A DNA stretch of 64,000 nt from a virus (IMGVR_UViG_3300037470_000856:1-64000); one strand, 5' to 3'. Shown: positions 36,748 to 46,835, counted from the stretch's first letter. Numbers and translations: made by a program. Notes: generated from the letters alone by a model not told the origin.

Positions 36748-39700
36748 TCAACCTCCTAGGTTGGAGCGGAGGTTGAAGGTTATAACGATGTATAAAAGTG
36801 GAAAGACGGGCTGGTAGAACGCCTCCACCTCGACGACCGTCGGGTCGTTGGTGGTGCGCGCCTGGATGCCGGTGAACGCCGTGATGATCTCGGCGTTCTT
36901 GAGCGCCTTCATCGTCGTGGCGAGCTGTCCCTCGATCTCGGACAGGACTCCCGGCAGGAACTTGATGCCGATGAACCTGTCGAGGTCGCGCCGCGCGGCC
37001 CTCTGCACCTCGTCCGCGATGGTGATCACGGTCGGGAGCTTCGTGAGGATGTTGCTGATGTCCGTCGTCAAACCCTGGCGGATGCGGATGACGGTGCCGC
37101 TCTGGTCGAGCACGGTGACACCCTGGACAGCCACCTGGTTCTGCTCCACCGCGTCGAGGTTGCGCTGGAGTTGGTCGAACCCGACGATGCGAGCTCGCGT
37201 CCACGGGGTCGCCACGTCGATGTTCGGCCGCGCCCGGTCACCCGCGACCGCGGCCGCGAGGTAGGTCCCGTCGACCAGGAACTGCTTGTCGTTGCCGAGC
37301 GCGTCCTGGATGGTGACGGTCACGATGTCCGGGTAGACCAGGCGGATGCGGGTGTTGTGGATCTGGTTGGCGATCCCGCCCACGTCGCTCGGCTGCGTCC
37401 CCGACGACACCCCGATGATGGCCGTCCGCTCGGAGCGGTACCGGATACTCGACTGGATGTCGCAGTGGTTCTTGAGAGCCAGGAACAGGTCGACGTCGTC
37501 GCCCTTGAGCGGGGTGATGGTGTCGAGCGTCCCGCCGCCCGGAAGCGGCCCGCGCAGGTCGTTGAGCGCATCAAGGTACGACGGTGTGCTGGCCTGGTTG
37601 CTGCCCGGGATCTTCGGCACCTGCTTGATGCCGAGGACCACCGCGCCGTTCAGGAAACTGAGGAACGCCGCGAGAGAGACCGGGTTGTCCGGGCTGATTT
37701 CACCGTAATTGCGCTCCACGGCCCGCTGGTTCGTGAACAGCATCGTCTCGAAGTCGGCCTCGGTCTTCGTGTAGTTGTAGGTCACGAAGTAGCTGTCGCC
37801 GACCGCCGGCTCCTGGCCACCGCTCTCGAAGGTCTCGACGATCGCGGTGTCCCCCTGCGGGATGGTCGACCCCTCGGTGTTGGCCACCGTGAGCTCGAGG
37901 CCCGGGATCGAGTTGGCCGGGAGGTTGGCGTCAGTGGTGACGAGTTTGCGCACCTCGAAGGTGAACCAGGCCCCGGCCCCGGTCGGGTAGTCCGCCCCGC
38001 CCTGACGCTCGAGGATCGTGAACACGAGCCCCGTCTTGGTGTCGCGGTAGGTCTGCCCGATGACGCCGTCCTGGCCCACGCCGTTGTTGAGACACGAGGT
38101 GTCCACCGAGCCCGACCCGTCGATCGGATCGGAGCTCGTGACGTAGAAGCCCTGGAAGCCGCTCTCGCCGGACGCTCCGTCGCCGGAGGCCACGTCGAGG
38201 CCGGTTCCCGTGAGCAGCCACGAGGCCGTGCTCGCGTTCAGGAACGAGATGTTCGAGGACGCCCCCAAGCCGACGATGTTGTTGGCCTGCGACTGAACGA
38301 ACAGGAACTCGTTGTTCGCCGAGTCCACCATCTTGCCCGCGAGGGCCTGGTCGGCGAAGAACGTGGTGTCCGGGCTCTGGTAGTCCAGGAGCGCCCCGTT
38401 GACTGTCGTGCTGTGGTGCATCATCAGCGCCGAGGCGACCTTCTCCACCTCGACCAGAGACCGCGCGGCCGTGGCCCCCTCGGAGAACCCGAGGACGTCG
38501 TTGGCGTTGCCGTCGTTGATCGTCACCGCGGAGCTGGTGTCGGACAGGCTCGAGACGAGGCGGATGCCCGCGCCCTCCTGCACGACCGAGTCGGCGGGCA
38601 ACCCCGCTCCGACGCACGCAGTCTGGATCTGACGCAACACCGTGTTCGGGCTCGTCACCGGGCCGAGCGGCACGAGCGCCTCTCCGGCCGCCGGGATCGC
38701 GGCTCCGGTTCCGTCCGTGACGACAACCGTCACCGGGGTCCCGTCGATGTTGAACTTGAACACGTTGTTGCGCGGGTTTAGGCCGCTCGCCCCGTAGAAC
38801 TGCACCGCGGGCTGACCGTCACGGTCGTCACCGTAGGTGCCCGAGGCGACCTGGCCGTCCTTGAACCCGACCTCGCCGAAGAGGCTGGCGGGGCGGATGG
38901 TCGCCTCGATGTCCGCCTGCCCGAAGGCCTTGGCCGACAGGCCGGTGAACGCGGAGGCGTTGGTCCCCTCGACGACCAGGGAGGTCTGCGCGACCTGGCT
39001 CTCGGGCCGGATTGACCCGGATCCCGGGACGACGCGGTTGCGCATGAGGATGCGGTCGTAGAGGAGGCGACCCGAGGAGCCGGCCACGGTGAACCGACGG
39101 GCGATGTCGCCGTCGATGACCTTGGTCTGCTCCTGGCTCGGAAGCGCGTCCGTGGACAGGCCCGCGAGCACCGCGAAGTCCTCGCCGACCGACGATGCGT
39201 CGATGAACTCGAATACGCCGCCGCCGAGGCCGGTGCCGCCCGTGAGGGTGGACGCCGACACGGGGAGACGCACCCCGCTGCTCGAGGACAGGTCGATGAA
39301 GTTGCCGCTCGGCCCGGGGACGGCCGCCGTGAGATCCACGGTGGATGATGTGCCCGAGGTGTTGTCGGCCGTGACGAGCGCGTCGAGCCCGTTGAGGGGG
39401 TCGGTGGTCGCCGTGACGATAGTCGTCGCGACGCCCACGTCGGTGAGGCCCCCGCCGAAGGTCGCTCCCGAGACGGGGAGGCGCACGCCGGGCGAACTCA
39501 TGAGCAGGACGCCGTTCGCCCCCACGCCCGGGATGTTCGCCCACACGGTGACCGTGGTGGACGTGCCACCCTCGTTGTTCGCCGTGAGGTACAGCGCCAG
39601 GCCGTTGCCGGGATCGTTGATCGCGGCGACGATAGAGGTGGCCACCGACAGGTTGGTACCGACGCCTCCCTGGAGGGTGAGGGCCGACATGAGCAGGCGA

Positions 39701-42700
39701 GTCGCGCTCGAGCTCGTGGTGTCGATGATGTTGCCCGCGTTTCCGGGGGTGACCGCGGTCATCGTGACCCCGCTGCCCACCGCCATGGCGGTGACCGTGA
39801 CGCTGATGCCGTTGCCGGCGTCGTTGATCGCCGCGGCGATGGAGGCCGCCACCGTGGTGTTGTCGCCCACGCCGCCGAGCAGCGTGCCGCCCGACAGGAC
39901 AATGCGCGCCGCCGCGGTGGTGCTGAGAGTGATGCCGTCGCCGACGATTCCCGGGGTGAACGCGTCGATGGTGACCACGTTCGAGGTGCCGCCGACGTTG
40001 CTCGCGACCACGAGGGTCAGGCCGTTGGCCAGGTCGGTGATGGCCGCCACGAGGCTCGTCGCCACCGAGATGTCGTCGCCCACGCCACCGAGCAGCGTGC
40101 CGCCCGACAAGACGAAGCGTCCCGCCGCGGTGGTGCTGAGGGTGATGAAGTTGCCGACGATTCCCGGGATGACCGCCGTGAGATTCACAGTGGTGCCCAC
40201 GACGACCGCGCTGACGTCGCCGTCGAACGAGTTCGCCACGTCGTTGATGGCCGCCGCGGCGTCCGTGGCCGCGGTCGCGTCGGTCCCGACGCCGCCCATG
40301 AGGGTGGCCGCGCCGAAGGTGAGTCGAACTGGCGCCGTGGAGACGGTGCTGATCGAGTCGCCCGCGACTCCGGGGGTGATGGCCCGGATGTCGACCACCG
40401 CCGAGGCGCCACCCGTGTTGTGGGCCTGCACGGTGCCCGTGAGTCCGTTGAGCGGGTCGAGGATCGCCGCGACGATGGCCGTCGCGGTGGCGATCTCGTC
40501 GCCCACGCCGCCGCCGAAGCCCCCGGTGGTGGTCACGGTGCCGTCCGAACTCATGTTCGTGACGACGTTGGCGAACGATCCGGGGACCGTCCAGGGCAGC
40601 GTCACGTCCGAGGGCCCAGGCCCCACCGCCGCGGACATAAACGTCGAGAAGGAGTTGGCCGGGTCGTTGAGGGCCGCCGCGATCTCGGCGGCGATGGCCG
40701 CCGTGGTGCCGAGCGTCTCGTCGTAGTCGTTCGCGCCCGGAGTGCGGGGGCCGCCCGCGGGAGAGAGCGGGAATGGACCGCCGTTGGCGCCACCCGAATC
40801 GATTGTAATCGTGGCGGAGGCCGGCGCGGCCATCACAATAAGCGTGTCGATCGCCTGGATGCCGGCGTTGAAATTGAGGCCGCCGGGGGTGGTGACGTCG
40901 TCAGCCGTGAGGGCGATGCCCGCGATGATGAGGGTGTCGCCGTACAAGACACCCGTGCTTGGGCCGAGCGAGTCGGCCACGACGGTCAGCATGCCAAGGG
41001 ACCGCGTGCCCGCGTCGAAGTCGTCCGCGCCTGGGGTGCGGGCGCCCTCGACCGGGGTCAGCACGTTGCCGTTGATCGCGGTGGTGTCCGCCGCGACGAC
41101 GGGCCACGGGCCGGCCGAGACCGCCCGCACGCCCATCGTCATGAAGTCACCGGTGGCCGCGGTACCGACGTTGAAGTCCATGCCGCCCGGGGTCAGCGTG
41201 TTGCTGGCCGTCAGGGTGACCGGACCTCCACCCACCACCGAGGTGTCGATGGTGATCGTGTCGCCGTACTGGACGCCGGTGAGCGTCGCCGAACCGGTCG
41301 AGCGGGTGCCCTCGTCGAAGTTGAGACCGCCCGGGGTCTGCGCACCCAGGGCCGTCAGGGTGATGCCGTCGACGGTGACCGTGTCGTTCGGGATCGGGCC
41401 CGAGACGGTGAGGGTGCCCGTCGCCTGGGTGCCCTCGTTGAAATTAATGCCGCCCGGGGTCTGAGCGCCGGTCGCCGTGATGAGCACGGGACCGCCGCCG
41501 AGCACGGTGGTGTCGATGGTGAAGGTGTCACCCGGTTCTACGCTCATCGGGATGAGCGTCCCTCGAGCCTGGCCCGTGTCGTAGTTCAGGCCGCCCGCGG
41601 TGACGCCCAGCTCGCCCGTGAGAGTGATGCCCCCGATGGTGATGGTGTCGCCCACGATCGATCCGACGTTGGTCACGGTGCCCGTGGCGAAGGTGCCGAG
41701 GTCCGTGTCCGCACCGGTGAAGGTGAAGCGCATCTGGCCGTCCGCGTTCGCGCTGCAGACGATGTCGATGCCGTCGAAAGAGGCCGGGAGGGCCGCGATC
41801 GCGGTGTCGAGCGCCGAGTTGACCGCGGCCGCCATGGTGGAGGGCGACAGGTAGATTCCCGGGGCGATAGTCGCCGTGACGGGGCCCGTCGAGCCGTTGG
41901 TGACGCCCATGTAGTTGAAGACGAGCTGGTCGTACTCGCCCGCCGTCATGACGGTCGCCCCGAGGAACCGCGTCGTGCCGTCCAGGAAGGGAGCGTTGGC
42001 GACGAGTTTGGCGTCGGCGTTGATGGCCTCGACGTAGGCGTCGGCGTCGACGCCCGTCTGCGAGGGCACCGTCACGGTGAGGACCACTCCATCCACGGTC
42101 ATCGCCACGGTGTCATTGATGCCCGAGAGGATGTCGTAGGTCGTCTTACCCGAGTCGTCGGTGTAGGCGATCTCGTCGCCGAGCAGGCTCGCGCTGAACC
42201 CGAGACCCTGCACCCCGTGCGGGGCGGACAGGTCGATGCCCGCAGCTCCGCCCGCCAGCACCGCGCTGTCCACGAGGAAACGCGCGCGGTCGGACTCGCC
42301 GGTCACGAAGGCGTAAGGACCCGCGCCATCGACCGTGAACTTGGCGATGGTGGCGTCCTCGTCCGCGAAGGTGACGGTGACCGTCTCCTCGACGGGACCG
42401 TCCGTGCCACCCTCGAAGTGCACGTCCGGCGTGAGCTCGGAGCCCGAGGGGAACTGCACGGTGACGCCGGTCATGGCCGGCCCCTTCACGCCGAAGTTCG
42501 GCGTGAAAATCGGGTTTCCGTTCGAGTCGAACAGGAAGTAGTTGCCGATGCCCGAGGGTCCGGAGGTCTCGACCGTGACGGTGTACTCCTCGTCGACGAG
42601 GATGTTGTAGTAGAAGGTCGCCCACACATCGGCGCCCACGGGCACCGGGTCCTTGAGGGTGATCTCCGTGCCGTTGACCGCCGTGACGGCGACCGCTCCG

Positions 42701-44190
42701 CGCTGGACAGCGTCCTGGAGGCCAAAGCCCCAGTACGCCTTCACCAGGTTAGGGTTGTTGGTCGGGAGGTCGATGCGGTTGTTCGAGAGCGACAGGAAGA
42801 CGTTCTGGCCGAGCGGGTTGTTGCGCCCGTTGCCCGTGGTGGGCTGAGTCGGCAGCGTGAACTTCGTCCGGTCCTCCACCGGAGGTGTCACGGCATCGTT
42901 GACGACGGGCTCCGTCGGCGCCAGAAACCAGCGGTTGTCGACGAGCAGACCGCTGATCTGAGTCGGGCCGAAGGGCGGAGCACCGGGCGTGGTGACGCCC
43001 GGGTTCACGAGGAACGCGGTGCCCCAGACGATGAGGTCGTCCTTGAGGACGAAGTCGGCGTCTTCGATGAAGTCGTTGTTGCCGGGGACGATGCCGCAGC
43101 GCAGGACCTCGGTGACGTTGATGTTCGCGAGGTAGTCGAACGTGTCCTGCCAGGAATTGAAGAAGTACTGGATCGTAACACTCTCGCCGACGCCCGGGGC
43201 GAAGGGGAGCACGACCGCGCGGTTCTGGCCGTCGACCTCGGTCGGGATGACCTGCGTGCCGTCGACGCGGACGGTCACCTTCGAGGTATCCATCGTGGTG
43301 ATGCCGCCGTTGGTGCCGTCCACGATCGGCCCGTTGAAGACGTAGAACGTCCTGTTGCGGTTCGTGTCCTGGCCGTTGGTGAACCCGAGCACCACGTTGA
43401 CGGTGCCCGCGAGGATGCGAATGGCTCGGTCCGCCACAAGACGCACGGCGGTGAGCCCGAAGTTGTTCGTGTAGGTCGAGGCCACCAGGGAAGTGGCCGA
43501 CGCAGCACCGTTGATGAGGGAGACGACCGTGGCCGCGCTCACGCTGCCCGTGGGGAAGGTGACCGAGATCTCCTGGTTCTGGTCGTCGTCGACCCGGAAG
43601 TTGAACTCGTTGGTGTCGACGGTGAACTCGTAAGTGTTCCCGATGGCGCCGTCGAGCACGGCCGACTGAGGCGTGACCTGGTCCGACACGGTGTCGGTGA
43701 TCTGCGTGTCCGTGCGCTTGAAGAAGTAAGTGACGCGGACGTCGTCGCCCAGAACCGGGGCCGTGCTGATCTCGATGACACCGATGTTGGCGCGCGCAAC
43801 GCTCAGGACTACGTCGGGCTGTCCGTTGATCGTCACGAAGATCGAACTGGGATCGGTGGCGATGGTGCCGCTCCCGTCACCGTTGGTGATCGGGTAGTTG
43901 CGGACCTGGATGCGCCGGCGCTCTCCGTTGAAGTTGCCGAGCGTGACCTCGCCCGTCTGGCTGATGCTCACGACGGCGCGACCGGTCTCGTCCTCCTGGG
44001 GGACCTGCTGGTCCACCGACGAGCTCGAGCCACGGAGGACCTCAAGGCTCTGCTGCTGGAGAAGTTCGTTGCCCGTCCCGATCATGACCGGGATGCGCAC
44101 ACCTGCGAGGACACCCGAGACCGGGTTGTCGAATTTTGTGCGGGTGTAGACGCCAGGGGGGCTGTAAATGGTACCCGGAAAATTTGCCAC
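36748..44190 (-). CDS. Contractile tail sheath protein with very large domain insertions (2480 aa)
   Basis: N-terminal YSPPGVYT. Sheath-type C-terminus (RIRLVYP..YLAAAVAG..IRIRQGLTT..FYQPVFPLLYIVITF). AAGGAG RBS. Confidence 0.9.
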   Translation of the reverse strand: MANFPGTIYSPPGVYTRTKFDNPVSGVLAGVRIPVMIGTGNELLQQQSLEVLRGSSSSVDQQVPQEDETGRAVVSISQTGEVTLGNFNGERRRIQVRNYPITNGDGSGTIATDPSSIFVTINGQPDVVLSVARANIGVIEISTAPVLGDDVRVTYFFKRTDTQITDTVSDQVTPQSAVLDGAIGNTYEFTVDTNEFNFRVDDDQNQEISVTFPTGSVSAATVVSLINGAASATSLVASTYTNNFGLTAVRLVADRAIRILAGTVNVVLGFTNGQDTNRNRTFYVFNGPIVDGTNGGITTMDTSKVTVRVDGTQVIPTEVDGQNRAVVLPFAPGVGESVTIQYFFNSWQDTFDYLANINVTEVLRCGIVPGNNDFIEDADFVLKDDLIVWGTAFLVNPGVTTPGAPPFGPTQISGLLVDNRWFLAPTEPVVNDAVTPPVEDRTKFTLPTQPTTGNGRNNPLGQNVFLSLSNNRIDLPTNNPNLVKAYWGFGLQDAVQRGAVAVTAVNGTEITLKDPVPVGADVWATFYYNILVDEEYTVTVETSGPSGIGNYFLFDSNGNPIFTPNFGVKGPAMTGVTVQFPSGSELTPDVHFEGGTDGPVEETVTVTFADEDATIAKFTVDGAGPYAFVTGESDRARFLVDSAVLAGGAAGIDLSAPHGVQGLGFSASLLGDEIAYTDDSGKTTYDILSGINDTVAMTVDGVVLTVTVPSQTGVDADAYVEAINADAKLVANAPFLDGTTRFLGATVMTAGEYDQLVFNYMGVTNGSTGPVTATIAPGIYLSPSTMAAAVNSALDTAIAALPASFDGIDIVCSANADGQMRFTFTGADTDLGTFATGTVTNVGSIVGDTITIGGITLTGELGVTAGGLNYDTGQARGTLIPMSVEPGDTFTIDTTVLGGGPVLITATGAQTPGGINFNEGTQATGTLTVSGPIPNDTVTVDGITLTALGAQTPGGLNFDEGTRSTGSATLTGVQYGDTITIDTSVVGGGPVTLTASNTLTPGGMDFNVGTAATGDFMTMGVRAVSAGPWPVVAADTTAINGNVLTPVEGARTPGADDFDAGTRSLGMLTVVADSLGPSTGVLYGDTLIIAGIALTADDVTTPGGLNFNAGIQAIDTLIVMAAPASATITIDSGGANGGPFPLSPAGGPRTPGANDYDETLGTTAAIAAEIAAALNDPANSFSTFMSAAVGPGPSDVTLPWTVPGSFANVVTNMSSDGTVTTTGGFGGGVGDEIATATAIVAAILDPLNGLTGTVQAHNTGGASAVVDIRAITPGVAGDSISTVSTAPVRLTFGAATLMGGVGTDATAATDAAAAINDVANSFDGDVSAVVVGTTVNLTAVIPGIVGNFITLSTTAAGRFVLSGGTLLGGVGDDISVATSLVAAITDLANGLTLVVASNVGGTSNVVTIDAFTPGIVGDGITLSTTAAARIVLSGGTLLGGVGDNTTVAASIAAAINDAGNGISVTVTAMAVGSGVTMTAVTPGNAGNIIDTTSSSATRLLMSALTLQGGVGTNLSVATSIVAAINDPGNGLALYLTANNEGGTSTTVTVWANIPGVGANGVLLMSSPGVRLPVSGATFGGGLTDVGVATTIVTATTDPLNGLDALVTADNTSGTSSTVDLTAAVPGPSGNFIDLSSSSGVRLPVSASTLTGGTGLGGGVFEFIDASSVGEDFAVLAGLSTDALPSQEQTKVIDGDIARRFTVAGSSGRLLYDRILMRNRVVPGSGSIRPESQVAQTSLVVEGTNASAFTGLSAKAFGQADIEATIRPASLFGEVGFKDGQVASGTYGDDRDGQPAVQFYGASGLNPRNNVFKFNIDGTPVTVVVTDGTGAAIPAAGEALVPLGPVTSPNTVLRQIQTACVGAGLPADSVVQEGAGIRLVSSLSDTSSAVTINDGNANDVLGFSEGATAARSLVEVEKVASALMMHHSTTVNGALLDYQSPDTTFFADQALAGKMVDSANNEFLFVQSQANNIVGLGASSNISFLNASTASWLLTGTGLDVASGDGASGESGFQGFYVTSSDPIDGSGSVDTSCLNNGVGQDGVIGQTYRDTKTGLVFTILERQGGADYPTGAGAWFTFEVRKLVTTDANLPANSIPGLELTVANTEGSTIPQGDTAIVETFESGGQEPAVGDSYFVTYNYTKTEADFETMLFTNQRAVERNYGEISPDNPVSLAAFLSFLNGAVVLGIKQVPKIPGSNQASTPSYLDALNDLRGPLPGGGTLDTITPLKGDDVDLFLALKNHCDIQSSIRYRSERTAIIGVSSGTQPSDVGGIANQIHNTRIRLVYPDIVTVTIQDALGNDKQFLVDGTYLAAAVAGDRARPNIDVATPWTRARIVGFDQLQRNLDAVEQNQVAVQGVTVLDQSGTVIRIRQGLTTDISNILTKLPTVITIADEVQRAARRDLDRFIGIKFLPGVLSEIEGQLATTMKALKNAEIITAFTGIQARTTNDPTVVEVEAFYQPVFPLLYIVITFNLRSNLGG
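39229..41694 (-). repeat. Seven N-half repeats followed by seven C-half repeats inside the sheath (nested domains)
   Basis: A-type xATGT..GDTxTI..TPGGxNFxxG occurs 7 times, then B-type xAxxIxAAINDxxN..PG..GN.I....GGVG occurs 7 times. Confidence 0.85.
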
Positions 44191-44309
44191 GGTTTCAACT
44201 CCTTACGAGCCTTCTTGAAAGCCCCGGTTGCAGGTCGCTGGTTGCGCGCTCGAGGCACGCTTGAGTTCACATGCGAGGTCCCATATCGGTTCGTCTATCG
44301 GTTTCCATC

Positions 44310-44330
44310 TGGCCATCCCCGAGGGGAGGA
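44310..44330 (-). promoter_or_regulatory. Leader hairpin motif copy 2 (TCCTCCCCTCGGGGATGGCCA)
   Basis: In the ~230-nt leader of the sheath gene. Matches copies 1 and 3. Confidence 0.6.
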
Positions 44331-44422
44331 AGGGTTTGAGTCCCGCGCTCGGCGGGGTCTGTGTCGATCTCGGTCTGTCTGGTCTGGCTACGTTTGGGTC
44401 CCCCTCGAGGAGGGGGCCGGGG

Positions 44423-44905
44423 TTAGCGACCGCTCCCTGTCGCAGGAGGCTGCTTCGACGCGTCTTTTCGGCGCGCGTCCTTCCAATCCTGAATGCGGTG
44501 CATCGCCTCCTGGTTCTGGAGACGAGCCTTCTTGGCGGCCACGCGCTCTTGCTCGGACATGACGAGATACTCCCCGTCATCGAGCCGGCTAAGATGGTCG
44601 CCGGTGGTGTTGTTGGCGGCGATCACGCGCCGCTTGTAGTCCTGCCGCCGCTGGAACTCGGCCAGGCTCTGCGCCGCGCTCCTGCCGATCACCACGTCAA
44701 CGTCGTGATCGACCGAGGTTGCCCCCGTGTTCTGCGGGGCCGGGCTGCCGGGCCGGTGGGCGAATTTGGAACCCGCCGTCGAGAGCTGGCGAAACGCACT
44801 CTCGCCGCACCGCCTGCACGAAAGGGACTCCTTCGCGCCCTGGGTGGATTGCATCGCCCCGAACTGTGATCCGCAGCTCTGGCACTGGTACTTGAAAATT
44901 GGCAA
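44423..44905 (-). CDS. FmdB-family zinc-ribbon protein (160 aa)
   Basis: MPIFKYQCQSCG...CRRCG N-terminal pattern. Confidence 0.75.
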   Translation of the reverse strand: MPIFKYQCQSCGSQFGAMQSTQGAKESLSCRRCGESAFRQLSTAGSKFAHRPGSPAPQNTGATSVDHDVDVVIGRSAAQSLAEFQRRQDYKRRVIAANNTTGDHLSRLDDGEYLVMSEQERVAAKKARLQNQEAMHRIQDWKDARRKDASKQPPATGSGR

Positions 44906-44926
44906 GCGCGCGTGCTCCGTCTATTA

Positions 44927-44942
44927 GGGCGCCGATATAGGC
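44927..44942 (-). promoter_or_regulatory. Candidate phage late promoter (GCCTATATCGGCGCCC)
   Basis: 15/16 match to 568-583. Intergenic. Confidence 0.5.
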
Positions 44943-44945
44943 TCA

Positions 44946-46205
44946 CTAACGGAGCATCTCACCAGTCCCGTAGACGCCGGGGCGTCCCTTCTTACCGACG
45001 AAGAAGGGATCCCACGGAGCGTGGAGGCCCAGAGTCTCCAGGGCGCGGATGTTGGTCTGGATTTCGGCGATCTGTTCGTCCGTGAGCCCGGCGATCTGCT
45101 CGATGAAAGGCGGAGTCGTGGGCGAGGTCCCCGGCTCAAGGGGCGGCCCGCCCCCGGGCTCAACGCCCAGCAGGGTGATGCCGAGGGGAACGTGGATGGC
45201 CCAGTCCGTCTGGAGTTGCATCGAGATGCTCCCGTTGTAGAAGTAGTCATCGGCGTTCTCGTCGTAGACCTCCTCGGTCTCGCCGCCGAAGTTCACGGAG
45301 AGGATCTCGATCCCCTGGCTCGAGAGCCGGGGCCGCGCGGTCGACCAGAGGTACAGGCCCGTCTGGTCGACAATTTCACGTTGGGCGCGGGGGTCCCGGG
45401 CGATGATGTCCATGTCGAGGGTCAGGTCCCAGCGGCCGCCGTACTCGAACGCGGCGATGGTACGCTTGCGCTGCACCACCACGGCGAGGCGGTCGCCGGC
45501 CGTGACGCGACGGCCAAAGGCGAGGATGGTTCCCGGGATCGGCTCGCGGAGAGCCCTGTTCTCAAAGACCTCCCAGGGACCGGTCGTCTCGCCGGGACAC
45601 CGGTAGTCGGCCGAGAGGAACTCGTCGTCCTCGAGGTCGTCGACGAGGGTGACCTCGCCAGTGGCGGGGTCCGCCGTATAGTTCGTCCCCTCGTACAGCC
45701 GGAGGTTGCCAGGCATCCGGTAGAGTTTGAGCGTCCCGGACAGAAACTTGCCCTTCTGGAGCTGGTACTGCGTGTCGTTGATCTGGAGGGGGGTCTCGTC
45801 GATGACGTCGAACAACGGGTCCACGAAGAATGTCTGGTCCGTCGGGTTGCCGTTCGCGTCGCAGAAATCGATGAAATAGATCCCCGGCTCACTCGGGAAC
45901 ATGCCGTCGTTCGCCTGGATGGCGAGCGCGTCCTCCCGCACCCACTCGATGGACAGGTTAGGCTTGCCATCCACGAACGCGAGGTACACGTAGCTCTGCA
46001 CCGTCCCCTGGAAATTGTCGGCGGCGAGTTGGGCCTGGTTGCCGGCGCTGTTCTTGAGGACGATGCCAAACTGCGGGCGCTCGCGGAAGCTGTACTTCCC
46101 CTGAATGTGGGAGACGATGCCCTTGTACTTGGGGTGGTACGCCCAGTACCTGCGGAGTTCCTCGATGAATTTCCGCTGCACCTGTTCGGTCAAAAAATAA
46201 TACAT
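44946..46205 (-). CDS. Tail completion/terminator-like neck protein (419 aa)
   Basis: Position between neck genes and sheath. C-terminal GGRWDLTLDMDIIARD..YFYNGSISMQLQTDW resembles tail terminators. Confidence 0.55.
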   Translation of the reverse strand: MYYFLTEQVQRKFIEELRRYWAYHPKYKGIVSHIQGKYSFRERPQFGIVLKNSAGNQAQLAADNFQGTVQSYVYLAFVDGKPNLSIEWVREDALAIQANDGMFPSEPGIYFIDFCDANGNPTDQTFFVDPLFDVIDETPLQINDTQYQLQKGKFLSGTLKLYRMPGNLRLYEGTNYTADPATGEVTLVDDLEDDEFLSADYRCPGETTGPWEVFENRALREPIPGTILAFGRRVTAGDRLAVVVQRKRTIAAFEYGGRWDLTLDMDIIARDPRAQREIVDQTGLYLWSTARPRLSSQGIEILSVNFGGETEEVYDENADDYFYNGSISMQLQTDWAIHVPLGITLLGVEPGGGPPLEPGTSPTTPPFIEQIAGLTDEQIAEIQTNIRALETLGLHAPWDPFFVGKKGRPGVYGTGEMLR

Positions 46206-46214
46206 TTCAACACC

Positions 46215-46835
46215 TTACAGGTTTTGATCGGTCACTTTGAACGTCCAGCCGCGGCTATGAGCGAAACGCCTTCCGGTGTTCAGCTTGTCGTTTTCGATCA
46301 CGCGCCGAGGTTTGATCTCCTCCAACTCAGGCGTGCGTCCCTCGTAGATCACGAGGATGTCCGGCGTGTAATGTTTGGTCGTCCCCTCCCACGGGTACGG
46401 GATTGAGCAAGGCTGCGGCTTGGACATGAGCACGTCTGGATCGCCGTCGAGTTCTTGGAACCGGAAGAGTTCCCACAAACTCATGTAGAAGACGCGCCCG
46501 GCCTTGGGTGACTCGTAATACCCGCGCAGGAAACCTGCGCCCGTGGTTCGAAGGCGCTGAGTGACGATGCGGGACATCTTGGCCCGGTACGCGGGCGTCC
46601 GAGCGACCTTGTCCTTCTTGCCCGTGCGTGCTGCCGAGATTTTCGCCCGAGTCTCGGGGCTGCGTACGATGCCGGTCATAGCCTCAGACCGCCATTTCAA
46701 CCCATGTGCTCGAAAAGAATCGCGCACAAGGCTGTAGGGAACCGCTTTGGCGATCTTGTGAAGGGATAGACCTTGGTCGAAGTAGAGCCCCTCCAGAATT
46801 TCACGTTCAAGAAGCGGTTGGGTACGTGCCGGCAC
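46215..46835 (-). CDS. Free-standing homing endonuclease-like protein: NUMOD3 + TnsA-like PD-(D/E)xK domain (206 aa)
   Basis: SPETRAKISAARTG is NUMOD3-like. YMSLWE..QPCSIPY..HYTPDILV..EEIKP is TnsA-N-like. Lower GC. Confidence 0.75.
   Translation of the reverse strand: MPARTQPLLEREILEGLYFDQGLSLHKIAKAVPYSLVRDSFRAHGLKWRSEAMTGIVRSPETRAKISAARTGKKDKVARTPAYRAKMSRIVTQRLRTTGAGFLRGYYESPKAGRVFYMSLWELFRFQELDGDPDVLMSKPQPCSIPYPWEGTTKHYTPDILVIYEGRTPELEEIKPRRVIENDKLNTGRRFAHSRGWTFKVTDQNL

Noticed and set aside
16044-44190. Bacterial eCIS/T6SS/tailocin locus rather than a phage
   Set aside because: Head-tail adaptor, neck and decoration-like genes, homing endonucleases and the absence of host housekeeping genes favour a phage. 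Capsid and terminase genes are not in the window, so this is not fully excluded.
11676-44562. Very long + strand ORFs (1253, 939, 1304, 1429 and 1380 aa, and others)
   Set aside because: They are antisense shadows of GC3-rich minus-strand genes, with Arg/Gly/Val/Leu-biased composition and no motifs. The minus strand tiles the window with coupled genes.
46215-46835. Tn7-like transposon suggested by the TnsA-like domain
   Set aside because: No TnsB/TnsC or transposon ends. The NUMOD3 fusion and RBS hairpin fit a free-standing homing endonuclease.
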